A stretch of 63,438 nucleotides of DNA, filler included, from Octopus bimaculoides (Eukaryota), in NCBI RefSeq assembly GCF_001194135.2. It is 6 parts of 4 records of this genome, joined end to end, with 100 filler letters (N's around TTAATTAATTAA, not from the genome) between each part and the next. Parts side by side here need not be neighbours in the genome. Positions count along the whole stretch, not along the records: positions 37,000 to 42,164 come from NC_068989.1; positions 42,265 to 58,037 come from NC_068989.1; 4 more parts are not named here. One strand, given 5' to 3'. A model generated the notes under the pieces. It searched no databases, was not told where the DNA came from, and was given only the letters and a program-made list of their open reading frames with translations. Within the stretch, counting starts at the first letter, position 1; each line of letters begins with the position of its first letter. This document shows, in pieces, positions 40,345-53,885 of the stretch. A program made the translations under genes and the position numbers.

Positions 40345-41479
40345 ACCTATCTATCTCGGTGTAATTCTGCTAGAGATGAATTCTTAATTTATCTAAAAAA
40401 AATTACCGATGCTAGTTAATTTTCACCTCATTGCTAAGCACATCATTAAACAGAGTTACAAAAGATTACTTCTGTAAAGAGGCTCTGCAATTCATGGTGG
40501 TGATATTATGCAAAGTCCAAATAGATACCTTTTTCTTTACCCGAAAATCATTCGAAGTGCCAGATATGGCCCACAATCATCTACATATCTCATAATATCT
40601 GCTATAAATACGCAATAAGTTTTTTTTTTTTTCATAACGACTAATGTATTACTCTTGTAATTAAAATTTTCCACGAGCAATTTTAAGAGCTGGTATTAAT
40701 ACCTTACAGACCATTCATTTGTCTCAAAGTTAGCTATTTCGGGGAAAGGTTTAAGTCGATTAAATCGTCCTCAAGACGTCAATTCGGCAGAAATGCCGTT
40801 AATTTTTTTCTTCTTTTTCTGGTACGCTAACGTTTCTACCAGTTTGCCGCCTTGTTAGTATTAAATATTAGTAGCAAGAGAGCAAAAGTCAAATCCCTGC
40901 AGTTGTTTTATATCTGCTAATCTACATACCAACCTTCCTACCTCTCTACCCGCCTGCCTGCTTTCCTGCCAGCTTTCCTACCAACCTGCTTACCTGTCTG
41001 TATGTCCTATATTTAATGATGTAAAATGAAAGAATGAGATTTCTATGGCGGTCCTTTCAAACACTCATGTTAGCCGAAGGTGACCAGTTTTTTTATTGCT
41101 TAATGACACCAATTAAGTTGAGGCCTGCAAGGAATCAACTCTTAGAGATGTTTCCGGACTATTTTCAGGATTCTACACATAACACTGACATGTTGGGCTA
41201 GTATGCCTGATTAGATATTTTTCTCCTGGTTCGGTAACAATATTAAATAACAATGGATTTGACATATAATTTACTTTATGTGCAGTGACATTCAATATAA
41301 ACGCACCGTGACAAAATTCGACGCACTCTTCGTTTCAATGTTAGGTGACTCTTTGTCGGGTTCCCCAAAATACCCAAGTAGATATTCTAAAATGATTACG
41401 TTATGATAAGGGAGTATCGGGTATTCCTAATACTTTTATAACCTGTTCAGCAGTGGCTAGTATATTCTAATAAATGACC

Positions 41480-41700
41480 TTCTCTTATTAATTCTTGTTT
41501 GGTCTAGAGTATTGTTTGCACATTGACAGAGCGGGAAGACAAGAAATCGAGGAGGTTTGGTTCTTGAACATGTATCGAGATGTTTACTATGCGGAATTAT
41601 TCTCGTTTTGGGATCACGTAGTTGTTGACGATGAATATTTAATGATGCTATTGATTAGGAATTTGAACTCTTTCACTTCATCCAGGTTGTATATCTATAG
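41480..41700 (-). pseudogene. Decayed LINE RT C-terminal fragment
   Basis: LDEVKEFKFL..SII resembles the LE.V.EFKYLGS thumb motif. Multiple stops. Confidence 0.35.
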
Positions 41701-42317
41701 AATGAGGTAGTCATCTAAATATCGTTTCCAACATTTCACCAGATAATTTTGATACAATACATAGTTTTGGCTTAATAATACATTTGGATGTTTATACACA
41801 CACGCATGCACGCACGCGTATATATGCATAGCCTATACGCACGTACGTATTACATATCCATGGCTATTTAACTACACCTAACTGACAAAATACATATAGC
41901 AATATAAATGCAAGTGAGTCTATCTAATTATGTATGTATTATGTACGTATGTATGTATGTATGTATCTATCTATCTATCTATCTATCTCTGATCTGGACG
42001 GATGCTAGTCGCATCGGCTCGCAAGTAAGTTGGCCTTATATATGTCAAAAATTTTGCAGTTTTAAAATATTTCTTGTGGAAGAGGTGTATAAGTCTATAC
42101 ACTTCGAACCTATTGGGTTTTTGTAACAGGAAGTCGCTCCTTCTGGAGTTTATTTCCAAAAGTTNNNNNNNNNNNNNNNNNNNNNNNNNNNNNNNNNNNN
42201 NNNNNNNNTTAATTAATTAANNNNNNNNNNNNNNNNNNNNNNNNNNNNNNNNNNNNNNNNNNNNTATGTGTGTGTGTGTATACATATATATGTATATATG
42301 TATGCGTATAAATATAT

Positions 42318-42364
<47 letters not shown>

Positions 42365-43454
42365 ACATACATACACATATATATGTGTGTATATATATAT
42401 ACGTTATTTTGTATGTTCACATTTTGTTTTCGTCACTGTCCCTTGTTCATTCACTATTCTCAGTAGCTTCTCGCCCTTGACGCCACCAAAAGCGAACAAT
42501 ATTATCGTGAAAGGCGTGAAATTGTAAGGATCCTTTGCACGATAACTGACGAGGATTAGCAACGTCTTGCCCTGTGTATTTGCCTGTATGATATTTTCAA
42601 TGATGAAATGCAATTTAAAAACAACAACTAACTGACAAAGGCGGCAAATGAAAATAATTAATCAATGCTTTGAAAAACAATTTTGACTAACAAATGAACT
42701 ACCATGCATAATATTAGTTTAATATTGCAGTTACTACCATTGCATACAAGTGAAATACAGCCTTACTTTTTGAGAAGCAGCATCATATAGGAGTTGTATT
42801 TTGTTGAATATCGTTTCTGATTTCATATCAGTTTGATTATACAGGAAACAATAGATTCTCTTTTGTTTAAGTTTATGTTTCTATTCACAGTTGTTTGTTC
42901 TTTTGCTGAGCAGAAAGATTATTTCTTTCGATGATACGTCTGTTTACTTCGCAGTCGAAATGGATAATGAATGCATTCTGTTGTTTATATTGTTACAAAA
43001 GTTTCGTTGTAAACTTCCGGTCACCTTATGTTTAACTTATACTAGTCATTTCCGTTATGATAATTTTTATGATAATTTCTTTTTTGTTTTCCATCTTGTA
43101 GTTTCAGTGATTCAAGTTTGGAGGTTGATTTCCTAGGGAATTGTTAGACTTTTTATTTTCTTAAGACTATTTAAATATTATAAACTTCTGGGATTGCCAA
43201 TACAGTTTTGACTGCTTTTACTAAAGAACTGCGTAAAATACACTAAATCTGAAAGCGTTTTTAATTTTGATTATATCTTTGTTTGATCATGAAATGAAGT
43301 AGAAATGTGTTCGTAGATATTAAATGATTCAGTGTGGAAGCTTTTTGAAAAGAATATCGTTTGTAATATTCTGTTAATCTCTACCAAATTATACAGGATT
43401 CTACGCTGTTATCTTGTCAAGTATCTTTATGTTATTTATTAATACTGAGCAATT

Positions 43455-43745
43455 AGGTGTGAGAGTGGGTGTGTGGTAAGAGTGGTGCTTCCCAACCATA
43501 TGTTTCTGGATTCATTGCGTAGCACCTTGGGCTTTTGTAGTTTCTGTTCAACCAAAGCCTTATGAGTTGATCTGGTAGACGGAAACTGAAGAAAATCCGT
43601 CGTGTGTGTGCTTTTCTCCCACCATCGCTTGACAACCGGTGTTGGTGTGTTTACCTCTCCGTAACTTAGCAGTTCGACCAAAGAGATTGGTAAAATACTA
43701 GAGTCGATTCAATGTACTAAAATTTCTTCAATCTGGTGCCCCTGG
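43455..43745 (+). mobile_element. Family 1 SINE copy
   Basis: Head gtgtgtggtaagagtggtgcttcccaacc, then gtagacggaaactgaag and ctccgtaacttagcagttcg. Confidence 0.75.
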
Positions 43746-44001
43746 AAGAATGAAAGACAAAGTAAACCCAGTGAAAGAGATCCAGGGTTCTGGAGTTTTA
43801 AATATAGGTATCAAAAACCTGTTAATGATAGAATGAGATGATTGGGTGCGGTTACTTGGACGCTGCTGATTTGGCGCGGCTGAGTGGATATTGAACCTGC
43901 TTTGGTGGCAGCACTTTTTGGTGCTGAAGACAAACACAAGCACGCGCACAGAGATATAAACACACGGATAGAGAAAGAGATTGAGAGATTGAGAGATTGA
44001 G

Positions 44002-44095
<94 letters not shown>

Positions 44096-44850
44096 ACATT
44101 TGTTAATTGAATACAATTGACGTAAACATCCTCATATACATAAAGGGAAATATGTGCACAGACACACACGTTAACAGAAAGAGGAAGAGAAATGAGAGAG
44201 TGGAAGAGAGAGCATCGAAAGGGAGGGAGAGAGAGCATAGAAAGGGAGGAAGAGAGAGAAGGATAGAATGTGAGGGAGAAAGACAGAAAGAGAGAGGATG
44301 AGAGAAACCGTAAAACATCTGATGTAAAATAAGTCAGCACCGAATCAGCAAAGCCAAACAGGGGCGCCAAAACGTCTGTGCCGAGACGCCTCATACACCA
44401 TTTACGAGTAATTTGATCGACACTGAAGACGATTACAGAGACGGTCAGCATTGCAAAAACCTTGTTTCTCCATCTTATTGAATATAAATTGAAATCGAAA
44501 AGATTATGAAATAAGGAAATATGAAATGATCTCAAAATGAAATTGAGCATAACGAGTAGTTTCGGCTTTAGCTAATGTCAGATAATAAAACTAAATTTTA
44601 AATAACTACGGTGGTAGAATCATTAACTATTAATAACACCGAGAGTTTTTTTTTTTTTTTTTTTTTACTTCAGCAGTGTTATAATCAAGTAGTGCAAAGC
44701 TAAGTCTCTGCTATCAAATTGTTTATGTTGATAAGTTTCACTTATCATCTACAATGAAGGAAGACAATTATAACATTGTTTTGAGCTAAATAAAACATTG
44801 GCTGTGGCTATTGTCGTAATAGCAATTGTTGTTGTTGTTGTCTAAGAGTT

Positions 44851-45356
44851 GTTGTTGTTGTTGGCACTCCGTCGCTTACGACGTCGAGGGTCCCAGTTGA
44901 TCCGATCAACGGAACAGCCTGCTCGTGAAATTAACGTGCAAGTGGCTGAGCACTCCACAGACACGTGTAACCTTAACGTAGTTCTCGGGGATATTCAGCG
45001 TGACAGAGTGACAAGGCTGACCCTTTAAATTACAGGCACAACAGAAACAGGAAGTAAGAGTGAGAGAAAGTTGTGGTGGAAGAGTACAGCAAGGTTCGCC
45101 ACAANNNNNNNNNNNNNNNNNNNNNNNNNNNNNNNNNNNNNNNNNNNNNNNNNNNNNNNNNNNNNNNNNNNNNNNNNNNNNNNNNNNNNNNNNNNNNNNN
45201 NNNNNNNNNNNNNNNNNNNNNNNNNNNNNNNNNNNNNNNNNNNNNNNNNNNNNNNNNNNNNNNNNNNNNNNNNNNNNNNNNNNNNNNNNNNNNNNNNNNN
45301 NNNNNNNNNNNNNNNNNNNNNNNNNNNNNNNNACCACTGGGCCATTGCGCCTCCAC
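44851..45356 (-). mobile_element. Young tRNA-derived SINE (family 4) with TSD, gap inside
   Basis: Perfect 12-bp TSD tgtctaagagtt (44839-44850 and 45357-45368), (AAC)n tail, near-identical to 47310-47700. Confidence 0.9.
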
Positions 45357-45524
45357 TGTCTAAGAGTTAATTTGTTTAGATCAGACAGAGAGTTGTTGGA
45401 AGCGTTCGAGTATTAAACGAAATCCCGTCCTATAAGATTTCTGGCTATACGAAGAAAAAGAGAAAAAAAAAAGAAAAAGAAAAAGAAAAGAAACCCAACA
45501 CCAGGGCACCATAGTAGAAGACAC

Positions 45525-45607
45525 CCAAAGTGCACCACTGCACGGCACCTTGGGCAAACGTTTTGTGAGTGGATTTGGCGGACAGAAAATGAAAGAAGCC
45601 CGTTATG

Positions 45608-45647
<40 letters not shown>

Positions 45648-46395
45648 TGTGTGTGAGTGTGTATGTGCGAATGTGTGTATATGTGTGTGTGTGTATNNNN
45701 NNNNNNTGTGTGTGTATGTGTGTTTGAATGTATGTGTATGTGTGTATGTGTATGTGTGTATGTGTGAGTGTGTGTGTCAGTGTGTATGTGAGAGTGTATG
45801 TGTGAGTGTGTGTATATGTGTGTGTGTATGTGTGAGTGTGTGTGTATGTGTGAGTGTGTGTATATGTGTGAGTATGTGTGTTTGTGTGAGTGTGCGTATG
45901 AGTCTGTGTGTGTATGTGTGTATGTGTATGTGTGAGTGTGTGTGTATGTGTGAGTGTGTGTGTATGTGTGTTTGAATGTATGTGTATGTGTGTATGTGTA
46001 TGTGTGTATGTGTGAGTGTGTGTGTCAGTGTGTATGTGAGAGTGTATGTGTGAGTGTGTGTATATGTGTGTGTGTGTATGTGTGAGTGTGTATGTGTGAG
46101 TGTGTGTATATGTGTGAGTATGTGTGTTTGTGTGAGTGTGTGCGTATGAGTGTGTGTTTGTATGTGTGTGTATGTGTATGTGTGTGTGTATCTTTGAGTT
46201 TGTTCCCCACCAACCGGAGTTGGTTTGTTTACGCATCCATAACTTAGCAGTTCAGCAATAAAGAACGGTAGAATAAGTACCCGACTTAGAAAAAAAAAAT
46301 AAACAAGAAATAAGTACTGCTGTTAATTTCTGCAACTGAACCCTTCAAGGCTGTACCCCAGTATGACCTTAGTCCAATGGCTGAAGCAAAAAAAG

Positions 46396-46400
<5 letters not shown>
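45525..46400 (+). mobile_element. Family 1 SINE with ~590-bp expanded internal TG-rich tract
   Basis: The 5' half ends at gaaagaagcccg (~45602) and the 3' half resumes at ~46190. The tract between them shows a ~250-bp higher-order duplication. Confidence 0.75.
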
Positions 46401-46431
<31 letters not shown>

Positions 46432-47309
46432 CCCCACCACCGAAAAAAAACGTGATGTTCGCCGGTCTTTGACCATATGTCTGCGCAGAAAAAAAAAAAC
46501 ATTGATGAATTTTGTATTGATTAATTATAGGAGTAATTAGAAATTTATATTGGCGAACTTCAGGAAAATTGGTCAATATATGTATTCCAAGAAAAGCTAA
46601 TGTTTGCGCCATTAGTCTGGTCTGCAAGGCAGGCTATTGATTTTCTTGAAGTAGGATCTTTTTCTTAATGATGATAAATGTATCGTGTTCGATAGCTCTG
46701 TGATTAAATTGCTCACATGCTATAATACAGTATAAACAAATGTTTTCTTTGGTAGCGTGAATTTAATAATCTTTACATGAAAATAATTTCGTATTAAGTC
46801 ATACAGCAAATACCTTAATCAGTTTCGTATAAGAAAATATTATTCAGTCCCGCTGTAAGATAATTCTGAAGATTAGTCGAGCGAGCGAGAGAGAAGGAGA
46901 GGGAAAGAGAGAGAGAGGGAGGGAGAGAAAACGGGAGGGAGAGACGGAGAGAGAAAAAGCAAGAGAGAGTGAATGTGTGTGAGTGAGAGAGAGAGAGAGA
47001 GAAGCAGCCAAACGAGTGAAGTGTTACCAGTATAGATTTGTTTGCTCTGCTTAAATTAAATAATATTTTATTCATGGCCGTAATATATCATTTATGCCGT
47101 AAGCTTGATAACACACATGCGACAGAAAAATTATGTCAGCCATATCAAAACAAACGACTTCAACATGGCGGTTTGTATTCTATTTGATTTGTGAATGACA
47201 GGCCATACCCTATAATGTCTTTGAATGACTTTAAAAGACCAAAAGTAATGTTTGTAGGTCTATTCATGTTACAATCCATTTTGATAATGCAAATGTCTTC
47301 TGGATGTTT

Positions 47310-47700
47310 GTTAATGTGTGTTGGCACTCCGTCGCTTACGACGTCGAGGGTTCCAGTTGATCCGATCAACGGAACAGCCTGATCGTGAAATTAACGTGCA
47401 AGTGGCTGAGCACTCCACAGACACGTGTACCCTTAACGTAGTTCTCGGGGATATTCAGTGTGACACAGTGTGACAAGGCTGGCCCTTTGAATTACAGGTA
47501 CAACAGAAACAGGAAGTAAGAGTGAGAGAAAGTTGTGGTGAAAGAGTACAGGAAAGTTCGCCACAATCCCCTGCCGAAGCCTCGTGGAGCTTTAGGTGTT
47601 TTCGCTCAATAAACACTCACAACGCCCGGTCTGGGAATCGAAACCGCGATCCTATGATCGTGAGCCCGCTGCCCTAATCACTGGGCCATTGCGCCTCCAC
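47310..47700 (-). mobile_element. Young full-length tRNA-derived SINE (family 4) with TSD
   Basis: Head gtggaggcgcaatggcccagtgattagg...ggtttcgattccc (A/B boxes). Perfect 11-bp TSD tctggatgttt (47299-47309 and 47701-47711). Confidence 0.92.
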
Positions 47701-47867
47701 TCTGGATGTTTATATCACAAATAATCTATTTCATCTAGCAATTTCAACATTTCTTTTCAAACTTTATGACAGTTTCAGCGATTTTTCATCTGAACAATGG
47801 CTACTGTGTTTCTGTACGTATAAATTGGCTGTATATTGATATTATTGATCTGCATTTGTAGGCTGTC

Positions 47868-48075
47868 TTTTGTCTCTTGCTTGTTTCAGTAACTAGACTG
47901 CGGCTATGCTGGGGCATTGCTTTGAAGAATTTTAGTCGAACGAATCAACCTTAGTACTTAATGTTTTTAAAGTCTGTTACTTACTTTTTATATCGGTTTC
48001 TTTTGCCGGTCCGCTAAGTTACGGGAACTCAAACACACCAACACCGGTCGTCAAGCCATGGTCAGATACACACAC
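47868..48075 (-). mobile_element. Family 1 SINE 3' half
   Basis: Reverse complement of the 3' half (cttgtttcagtaactagactgcggctatgctggggc ... ccgctaagttacggg). Confidence 0.75.
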
Positions 48076-48099
48076 ACGCACCCCACATATGTATATCTG

Positions 48100-48423
48100 T
48101 ATATTGACTCCTTCACCTGCACTTCTAGCAACGTCATTTACTGCATCTCCTGCTCTCTCTGTTCTTCTCTGTACATCGGTCAAACGAGACGGCGCTTGGC
48201 TGACCGGTTCGCGGAATATCTCCAAGACATCAGACTCAGCAACGACACCCCGGTCTCGCGCTATTTCCGCTCTACCGGTCATTCTTTGCAACACGTGTCT
48301 GTATTCGGATTGTCTTCGCACAGGGGCCATCCGGACTCCCGTCTTCGCCGTGAACAGAAATTAATCTTCCCTCTTCACTCCTTTGCGTCACATAGGCTCA
48401 ACTCTCATCCCCTCTTCATCTAA
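48100..48423 (+). mobile_element. Penelope-like element GIY-YIG endonuclease 3' fragment
   Basis: DSFTCTSSNVIYCISCSLCSSLYIGQTRRRLADRFAEYL...PVSRYF...HS...RLRREQKLI..L..F....LN* is a PLE GIY-YIG C-terminus. It is followed by a C/T-rich tail containing a ~65-bp unit repeated on both sides of the gap (48564-48630, 48920-48985). Confidence 0.85.
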
Positions 48424-50563
48424 CCCCCTCCTCTCTCCTCTCTCACACCTACTTCCCTTTACTCCTACCCACCTCTCCTCTCCTCTCCTCTCCTGTTCTG
48501 ATACCTACTTCCTCTCTTCACTCCTACCACCTTCTCCCTTCATCCTCATCCCTCCATCGTTACCCACTCCTCCACATTCAAACAGCACCATCCCTATACA
48601 TCCCATCCCACTCCCACATACCCCACCCCACCCTCACACACCACCTTACCCCACTCNNNNNNNNNNNNNNNNNNNNNNNNNNNNNNNNNNNNNNNNNNNN
48701 NNNNNNNNNNNNNNNNNNNNNNNNNNNNNNNNNNNNNNNNNNNNNNNNNNNNNNNNNNNNNNNNNNNNNNNNNNNNNNNNNNNNNNNNNNNNNNNNNNNN
48801 NNNNNNNNNNNNNNNNNNNNNNNNNNNNNNNNNNNNNNNNNNNNNNNNNNNNNNNNNNNNNNNNNNNNNNNNNNNNNNNNNNNNNNNNNNNNNNNNNNNN
48901 NNNNNNNNNNNNNNNNNNNCACTCCTCCACATTCAAACAGCACCATCCCTATACATCCCATCCCACTCCCACATACCCCACCCGACCTCCTCCCCAACCC
49001 ACACTCCAATCCGCACCCCAACCCACATCCCACCCTTGCTTCCCTGTCAGAAACACATACTGATTTAACTTTAAGAGTGTTCACTCTCAAGCCACTGGTT
49101 AACATCCGAATAATCTCAAATGAAATTTACCATTATTTCAAAGACTATCTCTGTTAACAGGTTACGTGTGGTGGTTGGTGTTAAACAGACCATACTCAAT
49201 TATAATCTCCTCATGCATTAGCATTCATCAAAAGATAGAAGATAGAGGAGAATATTTGATTCCTCTCCATTGATGGTTCCTCCTATTTGTAATATTCTGT
49301 AGAACGTTACACAATGTTCCAAAATGGAACATAACATTCTACAAAATATTGGTTTCAAATTTTGGTACAAAGTCGGCAAGTTCGGAGGAAGAATTAAATC
49401 GATCACACCGACACCACTGTTCAACTGCTACTCATTTTATCAGCCTCGAAAGGATGACAGGCAAAGTCAACCTCGGCGTAATTTGAACTCACGACGTAAA
49501 AGCATTTCCTCGATGTGCTAACGATTCAGCCAACTCGCCACCTAAACGTTTAACAGAACATTGCAAATAGGAAGTATCCTCTAGAAACCGTTCCAGAGAG
49601 AGAAAAAACAGTGTTTCTAGTTATGATTATGGAATGAACAAATAATAATTTCATGCAGTGCTGAATTAATTGATCGCAAGTAAAAAGAGACTGATGCAAT
49701 TGATGGTAACCATCTTATTCATAACTGATTAAAATGGTTGATAGGAGCCAACGAGAAAGAATTGGAACGGGGTTGCTCGACCTACTAGAAGAAAAGCAAA
49801 CAAAATCTCGATCAAAACGATAGCTTATCGTTTTAAATAAGAAAATATTACATTAGATATTGTAATCTTACTCGTGCCTAAAAGTGCGAGATGGTTGTAT
49901 CTAGAATAGCTTTGTTCATATTTCTGCCCGTGATGGTCATATCTGGAATACTTTTGATCTCGAGATGGACTGCAACAACAACAACAACTGATTGCTGGGG
50001 AGCCAACCGGAGGAGCTCATACACAGTTGCTTGACTTGCTAAAGATAGCAGACGATTCTCAATAAAACCACACGCAAACATGGTTTAAAAGGAAAGGACG
50101 TGAAGTTCACGGTTGGTAAGAGATAAATTTCAAGAAAAAAAGAAACGTGGAAAAGAAAACAGAGAGAAAGGTTAAAGTGATGAGTAATATAAGAAAACAA
50201 CAACGTCAACATCAACAACAATATGATTGGTAAACATTAATCGAGTCTCGGAGTGACTTGAACTTGAATTTGAACTTTTAAGTAGCATGTTGAAGAAGCA
50301 AAATATGTTAACTCAAATGAGCCTTTTCGATTGTGTTATTGTCGTTGCTATTTCACTGTTTTTGATTCATCAAATAGATTGATTGCTGAATTAGCCACAA
50401 GGCAACTAACTGTTGTTTTAATGTTGGAAGAAGTTTAGATGAAGACAGTTATTAGTATCGATCCAAAGCGCATGCCTGAGACATACTTTATTGATATCAG
50501 AGAGGATGAAAGTAAAATCATGTTATATCATCAGTGACGATATATGATGTGTGTGTGTGTGTG

Positions 50564-50861
50564 TGTAACAATACATCACAGTACCAAATATAACCGTATG
50601 ACAATAAACAATGTAACAAGAGTGTTATGTTTCAAGCTACTGCTATCTAGCACCTTCGGATGATCTCTGCTCAACCGCTACACGACGGCTACTCAACTGT
50701 CAGTCGACTCCTACCACGGTCAGACTACCTCCATTTATATGTCTTGGTCGAGCCTACTTCTTCGCTTGGGGGCGTCGACACAACAAAGAGTTGGTTATCT
50801 TTCGCATAATAACAATCCAATACTCCAACGCAGAATGAATATCGAGACTAACGCTCTTACA
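50564..50861 (-). mobile_element. Candidate solo LTR (~298 bp)
   Basis: Termini TGTAA...TTACA, GC-richer than the flanks, and a TATA-like acatataaat on the minus strand. No clean TSD (left flank is (TG)n). Confidence 0.5.
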
Positions 50862-50931
50862 GTCACTACCTGTCTGCATGCAGACAGGTAGGGACATATG
50901 CAAATGTGTTAAAACACAAACACGTACGCGC

Positions 50932-50967
<36 letters not shown>

Positions 50968-52882
50968 NNNNNNNNNNNNNNNNNNNNNNNNNNNNNNNNN
51001 NNNNNNNNNNNNNNNNNNNNNNNNNNNNNNNNNNNNNNNNNNNNNNNNNNNNNNNNNNNNNNNNNNNNNNNNNNNNNNNNNNNNNNNNNNNNNNNNNNNN
51101 NNNNNNNNNNNNNNNNNNNNNNNNNNNNNNNNNNNNNNNNNNNNNNNNNNNNNNNNNNNNNNNNNNNNNNNNNNNNNNNNNNNNNNNNNNNNNNNNNNNN
51201 NNNNNNNNNNNNNNNNNNNNNNNNNNNNNNNNNNNNNNNNNNNNNNNNNNNNNNNNNNNNNNNNNNNNNNNNNNNNNNNNNNNNNNNNNNNNNNNNNNNN
51301 NNNNNNNNNNNNNNNNNNNNNNNNNNNNNNNNNNNNNNNNNNNNNNNNNNNNNNNNNNNNNNNNNNNNNNNNNNNNNNNNNNNNNNNNNNNNNNNNNNNN
51401 NNNNNNNNNNNNNNNNNNNNNNNNNNNNNNNNNNNNNNNNNNNNNNNNNNNNNNNNNNNNNNNNNNNNNNNNNNNNNNNNNNNNNNNNNNNNNNNNNNNN
51501 NNNNNNNNNNNNNNNNNNNNNNNNNNNNNNNNNNNNNNNNNNNNNNNNNNNNNNNNNNNNNNNNNNNNNNNNNNNNNNNNNNNNNNNNNNNNNNNNNNNN
51601 NNNNNNNNNNNNNNNNNNNNNNNNNNNNNNNNNNNNNNNNNNNNNNNNNNNNNNNNNNNNNNNNNNNNNNNNNNNNNNNNNNNNNNNNNNNNNNNNNNNN
51701 NNNNNNNNNNNNNNNNNNNNNNNNNNTATATATATATATATACATACGTACATACTTACATACACCCATGCAAACAGGTAGGAACGTATGTACATCCATC
51801 CATCCATCCATCCATCCATCCATCCATCCACCCATCCATCCATTCTCACATATATGTGTGCGTGTGAGTGAGTATGTGTGTGTGTGCGTTATTGTAATAT
51901 TCATCTGTGACCCTGAGTCTGTGTGTGCGGTGTCATTTTGTTGACGATTTCTCACATTACATAACAACTTTTCTCTTATGAATTTTCTACTAAAGTAAGC
52001 AACGACGTGGTGTTTGTATAGTGTTAGAGCATGCAAACAGACGCAAGTNNNNNNNNNNNNNNNNNNNNNNNNNNNNNNNNNNNNNNNNNNNNNNNNNNNN
52101 NNNNNNNNNNNNNNNNNNNNNNNNNNNNNNNNNNNNNNNNNNNNNNNNNNNNNNNNNNNNNNNNNNNNNNNNNNNNNNNNNNNNNNNNNNNNNNNNNNNN
52201 NNNNNNNNNNNNNNNNNNNNNNNNNNNNNNNNNNNNNNNNNNNNNNNNNNNNNNNNNNNNNNNNNNNNNNNNNNNNNNNNNNNNNNNNNNNNNNNNNNNN
52301 NNNNNNNNNNNNNNNNNNNNNNNNNNNNNNNNNNNNNNNNNNNNNNNNNNNNNNNNNNNNNNNNNNNNNNNNNNNNNNNNNNNNNNNNNNNNNNNNNNNN
52401 NNNNNNNNNNNNNNNNNNNNNNNNNNNNNNNNNNNNNNNNNNNNNNNNNNNNNNNNNNNNNNNNNNNNNNNNNNNNNNNNNNNNNNNNNNNNNNNNNNNN
52501 NNNNNNNNNNNNNNNNNNNNNNNNNNNNNNNNNNNNNNNNNNNNNNNNNNNNNNNNNNNNNNNNNNNNNNNNNNNNNNNNNNNNNNNNNNNNNNNNNNNN
52601 NNNNNNNNNNNNNNNNNNNNNNNNNNNNNNNNNNNNNNNNNNNNNNNNNNNNNNNNNNNNNNNNNNNNNNNNNNNNNNNNNNNNNNNNNNNNNNNNNNNN
52701 NNNNNNNNNNNNNNNNNNNNNNNNNNNNNNNNNNNNNNNNNNNNNNNNNNNNNNNNNNNNNNNNNNNNNNNNNNNNNNNNNNNNNNNNNNNNNNNNNNNN
52801 NNNNNNNNNNNNNNNNNNNNNNNNNNNNNNNNNNNNNNNNNNNNNNNNNNNNNNNNNNNNNNNNNNNNNNNNNNNNNNNNNN

Positions 52883-52917
<35 letters not shown>

Positions 52918-53199
52918 GCACACACTCACACACACACATTTTACGTTGGTTTAGAGTCCCCCTTGGTTTTACTAAAAAATCATGTATATCATTATATGAT
53001 TTATGTTGCGCGTTCATTCGTAGAAGTAACAAAAGAAACTAACTTGAAAATAACAGTTGGACTTTATTCCTTCGTAAAGTGATACAGTGGATTGAAGCAA
53101 GAAACATTACAAATTCTGGGTGTTGTAGTTCATCCATCGTTTGGATAATTCAGCTTGGGTCGTTGTTGGTTACATGTACTGCGCTGCAGGAAATTAACA

Positions 53200-53470
53200 T
53201 AACTCGCCTTGTTGAAAAACTCTCACCGCTCTGATTCGTAAATAATTTGTTGCACCAATTTATGTAAAAAAAGAGGCTCCAGGAAACATACGAATTAGTT
53301 GTTTGACGTATAATACGCGCAACTTGATAGGACCTTCGATCCAATTCCCGAGCAACACTCAACCAATCGCAATACAAGACTCAACAAATGTCCAAACACT
53401 CACATGATAGGTATGTTGGCCAGTCACTAGAGATTAACGTGATGCGCCTATATACAGCAAATGTTTTCAA
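53200..53470 (+). pseudogene. Possible decayed retroelement fragment (PLE C-terminus-like)
   Basis: NKCPNTH followed after a frameshift by RYVGQS resembles GIY-YIG C..C..YVGQT. The upstream APIYVKKE..NIRISC could alternatively be Gypsy RT, so the call is ambiguous. Confidence 0.25.
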
Positions 53471-53495
53471 TATTCCATAATAGAAATTGGTCTCA

Positions 53496-53533
<38 letters not shown>

Positions 53534-53636
53534 TCTATCCGCTAAGTTACGGGGACGTAAATACATCTTTATGGGTTGTCAAGCCGTGGTGTGGGATAAA
53601 CAAACACACACACACACACACAAACACACATACACA

Positions 53637-53696
<60 letters not shown>

Positions 53697-53885
53697 ATAT
53701 GTAATACTCACGCACACAATTATAAGTATATATGATTAAGGTGTTCTAATGTCATCTTTTCTAAAGCGAGAATTTTTTTCCACGGCAAACTGCAGTGAAA
53801 AGCTGTAGCAGGTTGATATATACCCCAAACATATTTCACCTGATCTAAAGTTTGTGTATATATAGTGGCTGTGTGGTAAGTAGCT

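Noticed and set aside
42404-42613. Protein-looking frames ([19 protein letters not shown] on +; ...HDNIVRFWW on -)
   Set aside because: Short, mutually exclusive and unrecognised; cannot be distinguished from chance without a search.
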